41,686 nt of DNA from Macrostomum lignano. Lineage: Eukaryota. The notes under the pieces are model-generated. The model was not told the origin of the DNA and searched no databases. It saw only the letters and a program-made list of their open reading frames with translations. The position numbers and the translations under genes are program-made. Where the stretch lies: assembly GCA_002269645.1 (NCBI GenBank), contig NIVC01004573.1, forward strand, positions 1-41,686, written 5' to 3'. This document shows, piece after piece, positions 23,701 to 35,456 of this stretch; position 1 is the stretch's first letter; each line of letters opens with the position of its first letter.

Positions 23701-26700
23701 CTCACCACCCTCTCCCCTGTCTCTCACCGCCCTCTCCCCTGTCTCTCAACACCCTCTCCCCTGTCTCTCAACACCCTCTCCCCTGTCTCTCACCACCCTC
23801 TCCCTGTCTCTCACCACCCTCTCTCTGTCTCTCACCACCCTCTCCCCTGTCTCTAACCACCCTCTCCCCTGTCTCTTAACACCCTCTCCCCTGTCTCTCA
23901 CCACACTCTCCCCTGTCTCTCACCGCCCTCTCCCCTGTCTCTCAACACCCTCTCCCCTGTCTCTCACCACTCTCTCCCCTGTCTCCCACCACCCTCTCCC
24001 CTGTCTCTCACCACCCTCTCATCTGTCTCTCACCACACTCTCCCCTGTCTCTCACCACACTCTCCCCTGTCTCTCACCACACTCTCCCCTGTCTCTCACG
24101 ACCCCTCCCCTGTCTCTCACCACCCTCTCCCCTGTCTCTCACCACCCTCTCCCCTGTCTCTCACCATCCTCTCCCCTGTCTCTCACCATCCTCTCCCTGT
24201 CTCTCACCATCCTCTCCCTGTCTCTCACCATCCTCTCCGTCTCTCACCACACTCTCCCTGTCTCTCACCACACTCTCCCCTTTCAAAACACCCTCTCTAT
24301 AGCATGTTTCTTATTACCCCTATTCTTACCACTTCATCCTCTCTTGTACCTGCATCTCCCACCCACCTGCATATCCCAAAATTTGTACCAAATTACCAAC
24401 TTGACTCCTATTTCTCCCCTAAAAGCTCAAGGCTCACCTTTTTCCCCTTGCCGGCAGTCTTGGCGGCAGCTGCGGCAGACTTCTTATCCTTATCTTTGTC
24501 GATGCTGCGAACGCTGCCCGGCCTGTCCGCACCCTTGCGGCTGGGCGGCGGCTGCGGGGAGGCGTTTTTTTATTATTCAGCTTTTTTTAATGTGCGTTTC
24601 TCAAGACTACTACTGATAGTAACAAATGCAGACTACTCAATATGACGCGAATTTTATAAAATGTCCAAAATATCGCGTGTTTTAACCTTGGCTTAAAAAA
24701 ATCAAACAGTAAACATCTTATTTTAATCATTTAAACAAAAGGGAGCACAAAGTCACAGCAAAAAGGGCAAGTACACTTAAAAATGTTGTTAATCAGGCAA
24801 GACAATATTAAATAGTGGTTGTGTGCTCTAGTAGGTTACTGTACGAAAATTGTCTTAATGCTTGTGTGGCAAAATTACCGAGGGCTAATCTTGCTTATCT
24901 TTAGGATTATCGAGGGATAATCTTGCTAATCTTTAGGATTATCGAGGGCTAATCTTACTTATCTTTAGGATTATCGAGGGATAATCTTACTTATCTTTAG
25001 GATTATCGAGGGCTAATCTTGCTAATCTTTAGGATTATCGAGGGCTAATCTTACTTATCTTTAGGATTATCGAGGGATAATCTTACTTATCTTTAGGATT
25101 ATCGAGGGATAATCTTACTTATCTTTAGGATTATCGAGGGATAATCTTGCTAATCTTTAGAATTATCGAGGGATAACCTTGCTAATCTTTAGAATTACCG
25201 AGGGATAAACAAGTGCTTTATCAACATCACCGATTCAAAAAACTATTTCAAAAATACATGGACAGTTTGGAGTCACATTGCGAGCGATTTGCTGATGTTG
25301 CTTTGGCTTAATTAGAGAACACTGCACTGCATGCGAGCTTTTGAATTTCAATATAAGTAGAAATTAATAAAAATTAATGCAAATATTTCACACATTCATC
25401 AGTTATTATTGTTGCAGAGCGAATAACCGTTGGTGTCAGCTCACACACAGAATGCATAGAGATGGGCAAGCAAAGCAAATCTTGAGTACCGTTGCGTGAG
25501 ACGAATCTGGGCGACTCTGACGGCTCTCCCTGTCTGGCTAAAAGTTGTGGAGGAAGAAAAGAAAGAGAAAGGAAAAATTTATGATCAGATTTGAGTTAAG
25601 GCTGGATGAAAACAGTATTACTCTAAAAGCATTTAAGTGGCTATTGCTTAGTCTGATCTTAACACAGTGGTTTTACAATTGCTCGTTAACCTGAACTGGC
25701 TAATTTTTGTTTGCGGTGTCTGATTGGCTGAGAGATTTGATTGGTTGTGGTGTCTGATTGGCTGAGACATTCGATTGGTTGTGGTGTCTGATTGGCTGAG
25801 ACATTCGATTGGTTGCGGTGCCTGATTGGCTGAGACATTCGATTGGTTGTGGTGTCTGATTGGCTGAGACATTTGATTGTTTGCAGTGTCTAATTGGCTA
25901 AGACATTTGATTGGTTGTGGCATCTGATTGGCTGCGGTTTCTGATTAGTCGACTGTTATCAGTTAGTACAGTTTAAAATGAAAAAAAAATTATATTACAT
26001 TTAGACTGAATATTTTCTAGGGAAGAATGAATTACAAAGCAGATTTGTGCTCATAAAATGAACTATTAGTGCAAAAGTTGCCCGAAAAAACTTACGGATA
26101 CAAGACATACAGTATAGAACCCGATGTGCAGAAAAACATATTTTATTCAAGTCAGTTGTGCTCACAAAGAAGCCAGGAAAGATAATTACTCAAACTGAAA
26201 TACGATTATTTTTTACGAATTCAATCCCCATGTTTCACTTACGGTTGTGGCCGCCTGCTTGTCGAGAATCAGCAAGCAATGCAGAAAAAGGCATTTTGTT
26301 AGAAATGGGTTGGTTGCTAGGCTAGTTGGTTTTAATTAAGTTACGGAGAGGCGCATCTGTGTGAACCAGTTTTGTTAATGAAAATCAAAATTCATTCAAG
26401 TTATTAATAATATTCTGTGACGGCAACTTCAGAAATATCAGCGTTAAATTAGAATATTTTTTTACTTTTGTTTTGAAATGTTACTCTTGAAAAAACTGGT
26501 CCACGCAGGCGGCGGTGCGTCCGGAACTATTTTAAAAATGCGCAATAAAAAGTGAGTTTTGCCCGAAACACAACCGACAAGGCTTGAGTAGTGCTCCTGT
26601 TTCTTTGCTCAAAGTCAATGGCCACATGTTAAAGAACCTTCCTCAAACCAAATGTGTTTCAGAGATAGCGATGGAACTATAGCACCGGGTGTTTAAACCA

Positions 26701-29700
26701 TAGCAACGGGTCTTCAAACCATAGCAACGGGTCTTCAAACCATAGCAACGGGTCTTCAAACCATAGCAACGGGTCTTCAAACCATAGCAACGGGTCTTCA
26801 AACCATAGCAACGAGATTTCGAATCATAGGAACGGGTGTTCAAACCATAGCAGCGGGTTTTCAAACCATAGCAACGGGTCTCTAAGCCATAGCAACGGGT
26901 GTTCAAACCATAGCAACGGGTGTTCAAACCATAGCAACGGGTGTTCAAAGCATATCAACGGGTCTTCAAACCATAGCAACGGGTGTTCAAACCATATCAA
27001 CGGGTCTTCAAACCATAGCAGCGGGTTTTCAAACCATAGCAACGGTGTTCAAACCATAGCAACGAGATTTTGAATCATAGGAACGAGATTTCAAACCATA
27101 GCAACGGGTGTTCAAACCATAGCAACGGGTCTCCAAACCATAGCAACGGGTGTTCAAACCATAGCAACGGGTATTCAAACCATAGCAACGGGTCTTCAAA
27201 CCATAGCAACGGGTGTTCAAACCATATCAACGGGTCTTCAAACCATAGCAACGGGTCTTCAAACCATAGCAACGGGTCTTCAAACCATAGCAACGGGTGT
27301 TCAAACCATATCAACGGGTCTTCAAACTATAGCAACGGGTCTTCAAACCATAGCAACGGGTCTTCAAACCATAGCAACGAGATTTCGAATCATAGCAACG
27401 GGTGTTCAAACCATAGCAGCGGGTTTTCAAACCATAGCAACGGGTCTCTAAGCCATAGCAACGGGTGTTCAAACCATAGCAACGGGTGTTTAAACCATAG
27501 CAACGGGTGTTCAAAGCATATCAACGGGTCTTCAAACCATAGCAACGGGTGTTCAAACCATATCAACGGGTCTTCAAACCATAGCAGCGGGTTTTCAAAC
27601 CATAGCAACGGTGTTCAAACCATAGCAACGAGATTTCGAATCATAGCAACGGGTGTTCAAACCATAGCAGCGGGTTTTCAAACCATAGCAACGGGTCTCT
27701 AAGCCATAGCAACGGGTGTTCAAACCATAGCAACGGGTGTTCAAACCATAGCAACGGGTGTTCAAAGCATATCAACGGGTCTTCAAACCATAGCAACGGG
27801 TGTTCAAACCATATCAACGGGTCTTCAAACCATAGCAGCGGGTTTTCAAACCATAGCAACGGGTGTTCAAACCATATCAACGGGTGTTCAAACCATAGCA
27901 ACGGGTGTTCAAAGCATATCAACGGGTCTTCAAACCATAGCAACGGGTGTTCAAAGCATATCAACGGGTCTTCAAACCATAGCAACGGGTGTTCAAACCA
28001 TATCAACGGGTCTTCAAACCATAGCAGCGGGTTTTCAAACCATAGCAACGGTGTTTAAACCATAGCAACGGTGTTCAAACCATAGCAACGGGTCTCCAAA
28101 CCATAGCAACGTGTGTTCAAACCATAGCAACGGGTGTTCAAACCATAGCAAGGAGTGTTCAAATCATAGCAACGGTTGTTCAAACCATAGCAACGGGTCT
28201 TCAAACCGTAGCAACGAGATTTCAAACCATAGCAACGTGTGTTCAAACCATAGCAACGAGATTTCAAACCATAGCAACGTGTGTTCAAACCATAGCAACG
28301 AGATTTTGAATCATAGCAACGAGATTTCAAACCATAGCAACGGGTGTTCAAACCATAGCAACGGGTCTCCAAACCATAGCAACGGGTGTTCAAACCATAG
28401 CAACGGGTATTCAAACCATAGCAACGGGTCTTCAAACCGTAGCAACGAGATTTCAAACCATAGCAACGTGTGTTCAAACCATAGCAACGAGATTTCAAAC
28501 CATAGCAACGTGTGTTCAAACCATAGCAACGAGATTTTGAATCATAGCAACGAGATTTCAAACCATAGCAACGGGTGTTCAAACCATAGCAACGGTGTTT
28601 AAACCATAGCAACGGTGTTCAAACCATAGCAACGGGTCTCCAAACCATAGCAACGGGTGTTCAAACCATAGCAACGGGTGTTCAAACCATAGCAAGGAGT
28701 GTTCAAATCATAGCAACGGTTGTTCAAACCATAGCAACGGGTCTTCAAACCGTAGCAACGAGATTTCAAACCATAGCAACGTGTGTTCAAACCATAGCAA
28801 CGAGATTTCAAACCATAGCAACGTGTGTTCAAACCATAGCAACGAGATTTTGAATCATAGCAACGAGATTTCAAACCATAGCAACGGGTGTTCAAACCAT
28901 AGCAACGGGTCTCCAAACCATAGCAACGGGTGTTCAAACCATAGCAACGGGTATTCAAACCATAGCAACGGGTCTTCAAACCGTAGCAACGAGATTTCAA
29001 ACCATAGCAACGTGTGTTCAAACCATAGCAGCGGGTTTTCAAACCATAGCAACGGGTCTCTAAGCCATAGCAACGGGTGTTCAAACCATAGCAACGGGTG
29101 TTCAAACCATAGCAACGGGTGTTCAAAGCATATCAACGGGTCTTCAAACCATAGCAACGGGTGTTCAAACCATATCAACGGGTCTTCAAACCATAGCAGC
29201 GGGTTTTCAAACCATAGCAACGGTGTTCAAACCATAGCAACGGGTCTCCAAACCATAGCAACGGGTGTTCAAACCATAGCAACGGGTGTTCAAACCATAG
29301 CAAGGAGTGTTCAAATCATAGCAACGGTTGTTCAAACCATAGCAACGGGTCTTCAAACCGTAGCAACGAGATTTCAAACCATAGCAACGTGTGTTCAAAC
29401 CATAGCAACGAGATTTTGAATCATAGCAACGAGATTTCAAACCATAGCAACGGGTGTTCAAACCATAGCAACGGGTCTCCAAACCATAGCAACGGGTGTT
29501 CAAACCATAGCAACGGGTATTCAAACCATAGCAACGGGTCTTCAAACCGTAGCAACGAGATTTCAAACCATAGCAACGTGTGTTCAAACCATAGCAACGA
29601 GATTTTGAATCATAGCAACGAGATTTCAAACCATAGCAACGGGTTTCAAACCATAGCAACGGGTCTCCAAACCATAGCAACGGGTGTTCAAACCATAGCA

Positions 29701-31946
29701 ACGGGTATTCAAACCATAGCAACGGTTTCAAACCATAGCAACGGGTGTTCAAACCATAGCAACGGGTCTTCAAAAACCATAGCAACGGGTGTTCAAACCA
29801 TAGCAACGGGAGTCACAGCAACAGTTTCACAGGTTTAGCAATGGCCACTAAATTATTTTAATGTTGGTCTGTTTATCTAGTTTTTCGGGGTTTCGGACAA
29901 ATCACTTGTTAGAAGCCTGGGGAGGTCGGTGAACTTACAACACGCAGATGAGAAGAGGCAGTGCCGCCAGTGTGGTTGTGGCTATGGCTATTACTATGGT
30001 TTGTGTTATGCGTAGCTGTAGATGCAGTTAAACCAGCGTTGTTTCCATGGTTACCAGCGCCGCTATTTGGCGCCAATTCATTAACAGCTGAACTCACGCT
30101 GGTGCCGGAGCGGAAGTCAACGGACATCAGGCGGCGGCGCTGCACAGTTTCCTCGTGGGTGAGGAAGAACCGGGAACACACCTGGGCCAAGGCGATCGCC
30201 GACCGGTCCGTCAGGCGGTTGTTGCTCAGCGACAGGTGCAGCAGGGTCCGGTTGGTGCGCAGAGACTGGAGCGAGTGAACAGGTGTTTCAGTATTTGCAC
30301 CTTTAAGCTTTAGCATGATTGGAAGATTCAGGGTAAGAAAGAGACGGGAGGCAGTTCAGTCCGCTTGAGACTGAATGCAGCGATATTGAAGAAAAGTTGG
30401 CATATCGGGAAGGATCTGGCATATCGGGAAAGCATCTGGCATATTGGGAAAGGATCTGGCATATCAGAAAGGATCTGGCATATCGGGAAAGGATCTGGCA
30501 TATTGGGAAAGGATCTGGCATATTGTGAAAGGATCTGGCATATCCGAAAAAGGATCTGACATATCGGGAAAGGATCTGGCATATCGGGAAAGGATCTGGC
30601 ATATCCGGAAAGGATCTGGCATATCGGGAAGGATCTGGCATATCGGGAAAGCATCTGGCATATTGGGAAAGGATCTGGCATATCAGAAAGGATCTGGCAT
30701 ATCGGGAAGGATCTGGCATATCCGGAAAGGATCTGGCATATCGGGAAAGGATCTGGCATATTGGGAAAGGATCTGGCATATTGTGAAAGGATCTGGCATA
30801 TCGGGAAAGGATCTGGAATGTCAGGAAAGGATCTGGAATGTCAGGAAAGGATCTGGCATATCGGGAAAGGATCTGGCATATCCGGAAAGGATCTGGCATA
30901 TTGGGAAAGGATCTGGCATATCGGGAAAGGATCTGGCATATTGGGAAAGGATCTGGCATATCGGGAAAGGATCTGGCATATTGGGAAAGGATCTGGCATA
31001 TCCGGAAAGGATCTGGCATATTGGGAAAGGATCTGGCATACCCGAAAAGGATCTGGCATATTGGGAAAGGATCTGGCATATCGGGAAAGCATCTGGCATA
31101 GCGGGAAAGCATCTGGCATATCGGGAAAGGATCTGACATATCGGGAAAGGATCTGGCATATTGGGAAAGGATCTGGCATATTGGGAAAGGATCTGGCATA
31201 TCGGGAAGGATCTGGCATATCGGGAAAGGATCTGGAATGTCAGGAAAGGATCTGGAATGTCAGGAAAGGATCTGGAATGTCAGGAAAGGATCTGGAATGT
31301 CAGGAAAGGATCTGGCATATCGGGAAAGGATCTGGCATATTGGGAAAGGATCTGGCATATCGGGAAAGGATCTGGCATATCGGGAAAGGATCTGGAATGT
31401 CAGGAAAGGATCTGGAATGTCAGGAAAGGATCAGGAATGTCAGGAAAGGATCTGGAATGTCAGGAAAGGATCTGGAATGTCAGGAAAGGATCTGGAATGT
31501 CAGGAAAGGATCTGTCTGAGTACCTTAACCAGCGAATCCACCCCAGCGTCGCCGATGCAGTTCGAGGACAGGTCGAGCGACACCAGCTTCGACGGCGTCT
31601 CGCGCAGCCCGTCCAGCTGGATGGCCATCGCTGAGACGGCCTTGTCGCTAAGTTGGTTGAAGCGCAGGCGCAGCTTTGTGAGGCTTTGTGGCGGTTGGAA
31701 TATTGGCGGTTGGTTAACACTGTCTTACAGAGAAAGTAGAGACTTGTATGTTGCTTGGGAAACTGGCAGGCACTTACTTGCTCTCAACTCGAATCAGCTC
31801 CGCGTAGACTTCTTCATCTGCCACGGGTCCGTTTGACTCCAGAGACAGAGAGCGCAGGGCTGGCAAGCGTCCCAATAGCTTAGCCAGGGTGTCAACAATG
31901 CTGGCATCGGCCGCCACTCGCCAAAGGCTGATGATGGTCAAGGGAG
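20780..31946 (-). CDS. LRRC71: LRRC71 orthologue, 5'-partial; exons 31946-31778, 31683-31524, 30265-29939, 24551-24438, 23401-23326, 23245-23148, 22415-22298, 21579-21464, 20875-20780
   Basis: Translations ISLWRVA...LRSLSLESN, LRLRFNQLSD...LVSLDLSSNCIGDAG, LRTNRTLLHLSLSNNRL...FFLTHEETVQRRRLM, HPLLE...LVPGNYALALLNLSRNHITDRG...IKYQ and GNPF...RDPL follow the LRRC71 motif order as I recall it. All 8 introns are GT-AG with matching phases, ending at TGA 20782-20780. Confidence 0.88.
20944..20990 (+). mobile_element. Possible truncated end of a hAT/Charlie-type non-autonomous element
   Basis: CAGGGGTCGGCAAACT...AAGGGCCAGA resembles common hAT-MITE termini. No partner TIR found. Confidence 0.3.
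22501..22803 (-). mobile_element. Dispersed SINE-like repeat, copy 2 (intronic in LRRC71)
   Basis: Homologous to 5919-6258 with indels. B-box-like GACTCGATTCC and an A-rich tail on the minus strand. Confidence 0.7.
23520..24295. repeat. 22-bp pyrimidine-rich minisatellite (CTCTCACCACCCTCTCCCCTGT), LRRC71 intron
   Basis: Tandem units read directly. Confidence 0.95.
24885..25207. repeat. 32-bp minisatellite with an internal palindrome (GATTATC-GAGG-GATAATC), about 10 copies
   Basis: Period 32 (a24903 to a24935). GATTATC and GATAATC are reverse complements. Confidence 0.93.
25715..25940. repeat. 34-bp minisatellite (GATTGGCTGAGACATTCGATTGGTTGTGGTGTCT), about 6-7 copies
   Basis: Period 34 (25722 to 25756). 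Two ATTGG motifs per unit. Confidence 0.92.
26690..29810. repeat. 21-bp satellite (CAAACCATAGCAACGGGTGTT), about 3.1 kb, LRRC71 intron
   Basis: Tandem units read directly, with occasional 20-bp units and recurring variant blocks. Confidence 0.97.
30398..31513. repeat. 20-bp minisatellite (GGGAAAGGATCTGGCATATC, variant GGAAAGGATCTGGAATGTCA), LRRC71 intron
   Basis: Tandem units read directly. The array ends about 10 bp from the splice donor at 31523. Confidence 0.96.
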
Positions 31947-31982
31947 CTTGGAAAGTAAGTTGCCTTCACAGGTCGATTAAAG

Positions 31983-32854
31983 CAGGGGCGTCTCCATGGA
32001 TTTTATGGTGGGGGGGGGGGACAAAGCCACGAATTCACCATGTACATGACTAAATTTTGGCACTCATTTTAGCTTCGCAGGCACTCATTTTGGCGCCGCA
32101 GGCACTCATTTTAGCGCCGCAAGCACTCATTTTAGCTTCGCAGGCACTCATTTTGGCGCCGCAGGCACTCATTTTAGCGCCGCAGGCACTCATTTTGGCG
32201 CCACGGGCACTCATTTTAGCGCTCCAGGCACTCATTTTAGCGCTGCAGGCACTCATTTTAGCGCCACAGGCACTCATTTTAGCGCCACAGGCACTCATTT
32301 TAGCGCTCCAGGCACTGATTTTAGCGCTGCAGGCACTCATTTTAGCGCCGCAGGCACTCATTTTGGCGCCACGGGCACTCATTTTAGCGCTCCAGGCACT
32401 CATTTTAGCGCTGCAGGCACTCATTTTAGCGCTCCAGGCACTCATTTTGGCGCCGCAGGCACTCATTTTAGCGCCACAGGCACTCATTTTAGCGCTCCAG
32501 GCACTCATTTTAGCGCTGCAGGCACTCATTTTAGCGCTCCAGGCACTCATTTTAGCGCTGCAGGCACTCATTTTAGCGCTCCAGGCACTCATTTTAGCGC
32601 TGCAGGCACTCATTTTAGCGCTCCAGGCACTCATTTTAGCGCTCCAGGCACTCATTTTAGCGCTGCAGGCACTCATTTTAGCACCACAGGCACTCATTTT
32701 GGCACCAATGGCGCTATATTTTGGCGCCCTGAAGAAAAGTTATTGATTACCAAGACTCACAAGGTGGGGTGGGGGGGACAAAGCATTGGCATGTCCCCCC
32801 CAGAGCTTTTACTGGGGGGACATCTCCCCCTGCCCCCCCGTGGCGACGCGCCTG
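31983..32854. mobile_element. MITE-like element with 14-bp imperfect TIRs carrying an internal 21-bp array
   Basis: CAGGGGCGTCTCCA (31983) versus TGGCGACGCGCCTG (to 32854), 12/14 match as reverse complements. Subterminal GGGGGGAC/GTCCCCCC motifs. No TSD found. Confidence 0.5.
32055..32705. repeat. 21-bp minisatellite (GCACTCATTTTAGCGCCGCAG)
   Basis: Tandem units read directly. Confidence 0.96.
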
Positions 32855-32963
32855 GAAGCTTCCTTGCTGATGTACATGGGAAGTACATGCATCTTTCTCA
32901 AAACCTGTGAGGACCCCAGACACCCTCAGCTAAATACGCATTTTGGCTTTGCATTGGACTACT

Positions 32964-33480
32964 AAGGGCCGGCAGATCCGGGCGTTTTTGGAGGTGGGGT
33001 GGGTGTCAACCCTCCTCACCTCTCATTGGTCGGCGCGTGGCGCCAAGCGCCGTCCAGGCGCCGAGCGCCCACCGGGCGCCAGCCGCAGGCGGCCCGCCAA
33101 GCGCCGTCCAGGCGCCGAGCGCCGACCAGGCGCCAGCCGCAGGCGGCCCTACCGACATGTACACCCTCCCCAGCCGCAGGCAACCCTCCCCAGCCGCAGG
33201 CGACCCTACCGACATGTATGCCGCAGGCGCACCCTCCCGATATGTACCCCGATATGCCCACCCTCCCGATATGTACCCCGATATGTTTGCCCTCCCTCCA
33301 GAGCAGCAGGCGCCCATGCCGCAGGCGCCCCACTCTCTCAAGCCGCAGGCACCCCGAGTGTACACTCTCCCGAGCCGCAGGCACCCGAGTGTACACTCTC
33401 CCATGCCGCAGGCACCCCGAGTGTACACTCTCCTCAGTACACTCTCCCGATATGTAGTCAATGATATTAGGCTAGTGAAA
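32964..33480. repeat. GC-rich block of short direct repeats (GCCGCAGGC core about 9x; two ~56-bp units; GTGTACACTCTCC units)
   Basis: Direct repeats read at 33041-33148 and 33340-33450. Inverted pair TGGTCGGCGC (33027) / GCGCCGACCA (33119). Confidence 0.7.
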
Positions 33481-33949
33481 ACTACTTATAGTAGGTGAAA
33501 TTGAGTATATTTACATAAAAAGTATAAAAAACATATTGGTAGGTGTGAATAATGATGCATAATGCATCATATTAAAATGTACATATTGGAGCATAATAGG
33601 AATATGAGCAGCAAAAAACACACAACGTAGGCGCATATTATTGATATATTGACAGAAAAGCAGGTGAAATAGACAAAATAATACAAAGCGGGTACTGTAA
33701 GCGCTAATAAAACATAGGTGGAAATACACACAAGTATAATAATACAGGAAAATTACATAGCATATAATGTAGGCAGATTTTAAACATTACATTTTGCATA
33801 TTAACCCGCAGGCACAAATTTCAATGCATAGGATAAAATACACACACTGGAAGTTAAGTATAATACAACATATGCATGCAAAATTAAGCATATAATGTAG
33901 GTGCAAAGTCAAATATCCAGCCCAGGATATTCGAGACACGCCCCCAGAG

Positions 33950-34198
33950 CCAGGGCCGGGGGATCCCAATGTACAGTGCGGGCGGAGTAACATAGAGAAA
34001 TTCAATTCCTCCCCAGGGCCGGGGGATCCTTAGCGGAGTACAGTGCAGGCAGAGAGGAGTAACAGAGACCGCCCCAATGTACAGTGGAGGTAGCAGACCG
34101 CATACAAAGAGAATTCTCCCCAGGGGAGCTTCCAAATAGGTTTTATTATCCCAAGTGCGGCGCAGACAGGGGAATCTCGGTCAGGGGAGACTGTAAGG
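33950..34198 (+). repeat. Left inverted repeat (visible matched part)
   Basis: Reverse complement of 41428-41675, e.g. ccaatgtacagtggaggtagcagaccgcatacaaagagaattctcccc. Differences are mostly homopolymer length. Confidence 0.93.
34142..34147 (-). terminator. AATAAA poly(A) signal in the left repeat, serving the leftward genes
   Basis: tttatt on the + strand, mirror of 41481-41486. Confidence 0.5.
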
Positions 34199-34366
34199 GA
34201 GACAATTTTCTCCCTGAATTAGTCTTTTAACCCCCCCCTCAATATACTCAGTGTATACTGTGGGGTTTCCCTAAACCACGTACAGGGAGAAAAAACCGCA
34301 AACCCAGTCAACCTCCAGCCGCTCCTCAGTGTTGTTTCATGCCGCCTCCTCCTCAAGGGTCTCGAA

Positions 34367-35344
34367 TCAGTTGTCGGCCGACTGCAATGGGGAAATTAAA
34401 ACAATTAATGTAGAAAGAATATATGCTTTGTATATGATAAGACGAATTGTGTATACAGTGTAATATCTTACCATAGGTGCATCCCACTCAGTAGGGCGCG
34501 CTCCCGGACCGGCCAGATATGCCTCAGTGTCGGAGGCATGCGAATTGCGCCCCATCAACCAATCTTGATGTAGTGTCTCTGCCTCCAACACCTCCCGTAG
34601 GTCAGCCCCCCTCGACACCACACCAAAGTATCGAGAACCCGATTAAAGGCCTCGACAAAGGTGTCTTGGGGAGGCAGGCCGTCGGGTGGCGAGACCTCAA
34701 CCACTCGATATCACGGTGAAAAAAGGAGGCCACAATACGCGGAAAGCGATCGCGGACCATGGCGATCTCCTCGGCCATATTCATTTCCTCATCACCAAAG
34801 AGAAGGATCGTGGTGGCTGATGATATCGAGGCTTGGCTGGAGGCGCAGAGGCAGAGACACCAGAGTCGGCAGCGGCAGAGTCGGCATCGGCGGCAGAGGT
34901 GGCAGAGGCAGAGACACCAGAGTCGGCAGAGGTGGCAGGGGCGGCAGAGGCTGAGACACCAGGGTCGGCAGCGGCAGAGTCGGCATCGGCGGCAGAGGTG
35001 GCAGAGTCGGCATCGGCAGAGGCACCAGAGTCGGCAGCGGCGGCGTTCACACCCCCTCCGATAGTCAGCGGTGGGAGGTCGAAAATCTCAGACCCGGTGT
35101 CGCTATCGTAGCTATTACCCCACGGGATGTCGAAAATCTCAGACCCCGGGTCGCTATCGTAGGTAATAGCCCACAAAGCCCAAGATAAGGCTATATCAGC
35201 ACCCCAATTTTCAGGATAGTCAAGTCCGCCGTTTTCTATGCCTATGGGGATTATATGTTCGGGTATTTCACCGTCGAGGGAGGCTAATTCTTCAGATGGG
35301 CGGTTTTTATCCCAGAGGGTGGATAGAGCTCGGCGGCGGGACAT
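34367..35344 (-). CDS. Orphan element gene (acidic N-terminus, Ala/Ser/Asp repeat linker, predicted helical C-terminus); frameshifted in this assembly; intron 34471-34382
   Basis: ATG at 35344 with TATATAA at 35421-35415. ORF 34781..35344 can be chained to the frames FGDEEMNMAEE..., DGLPPQDTFVEAFNRVLDTL and VVSRGADLREVLEAE...DAPM by three single-base additions. Donor ATG|gtaaga, acceptor cattgcag|TCGGCCGACAACTGA. Confidence 0.5.
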
Positions 35345-35456
35345 GTTGGAATCAGCAGACTATAGTATCAGGGCTAGGATTAGGGTTTGGCTCTCTAGAG
35401 GCTGGATAGATTAGTTATATAGGAAGCCCCGCGGGGTGGCGCGAGCCAATAGGGAA

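Noticed and set aside
24885-25207. CRISPR-like array (32-bp palindromic repeat)
   Set aside because: No unique spacers, no cas genes, and the context is a eukaryotic intron.
26355-26510. Weak inverted pair (gtgtgaaccagtttt / aaaactggtccacgc) as a MITE
   Set aside because: Short, mismatched and without a TSD, so compatible with chance.
26643-31519. Many long repetitive ORFs (SNHSNG.., TRCYGL.., GKDLAY.., MPDPFP..)
   Set aside because: These are translations of 21-bp and 20-bp satellites inside LRRC71 introns whose flanking exons join in phase.
32050-32746. (MSACSAK)n and (ALILALQ)n ORFs
   Set aside because: Translation of a 21-bp minisatellite, open on both strands by chance.
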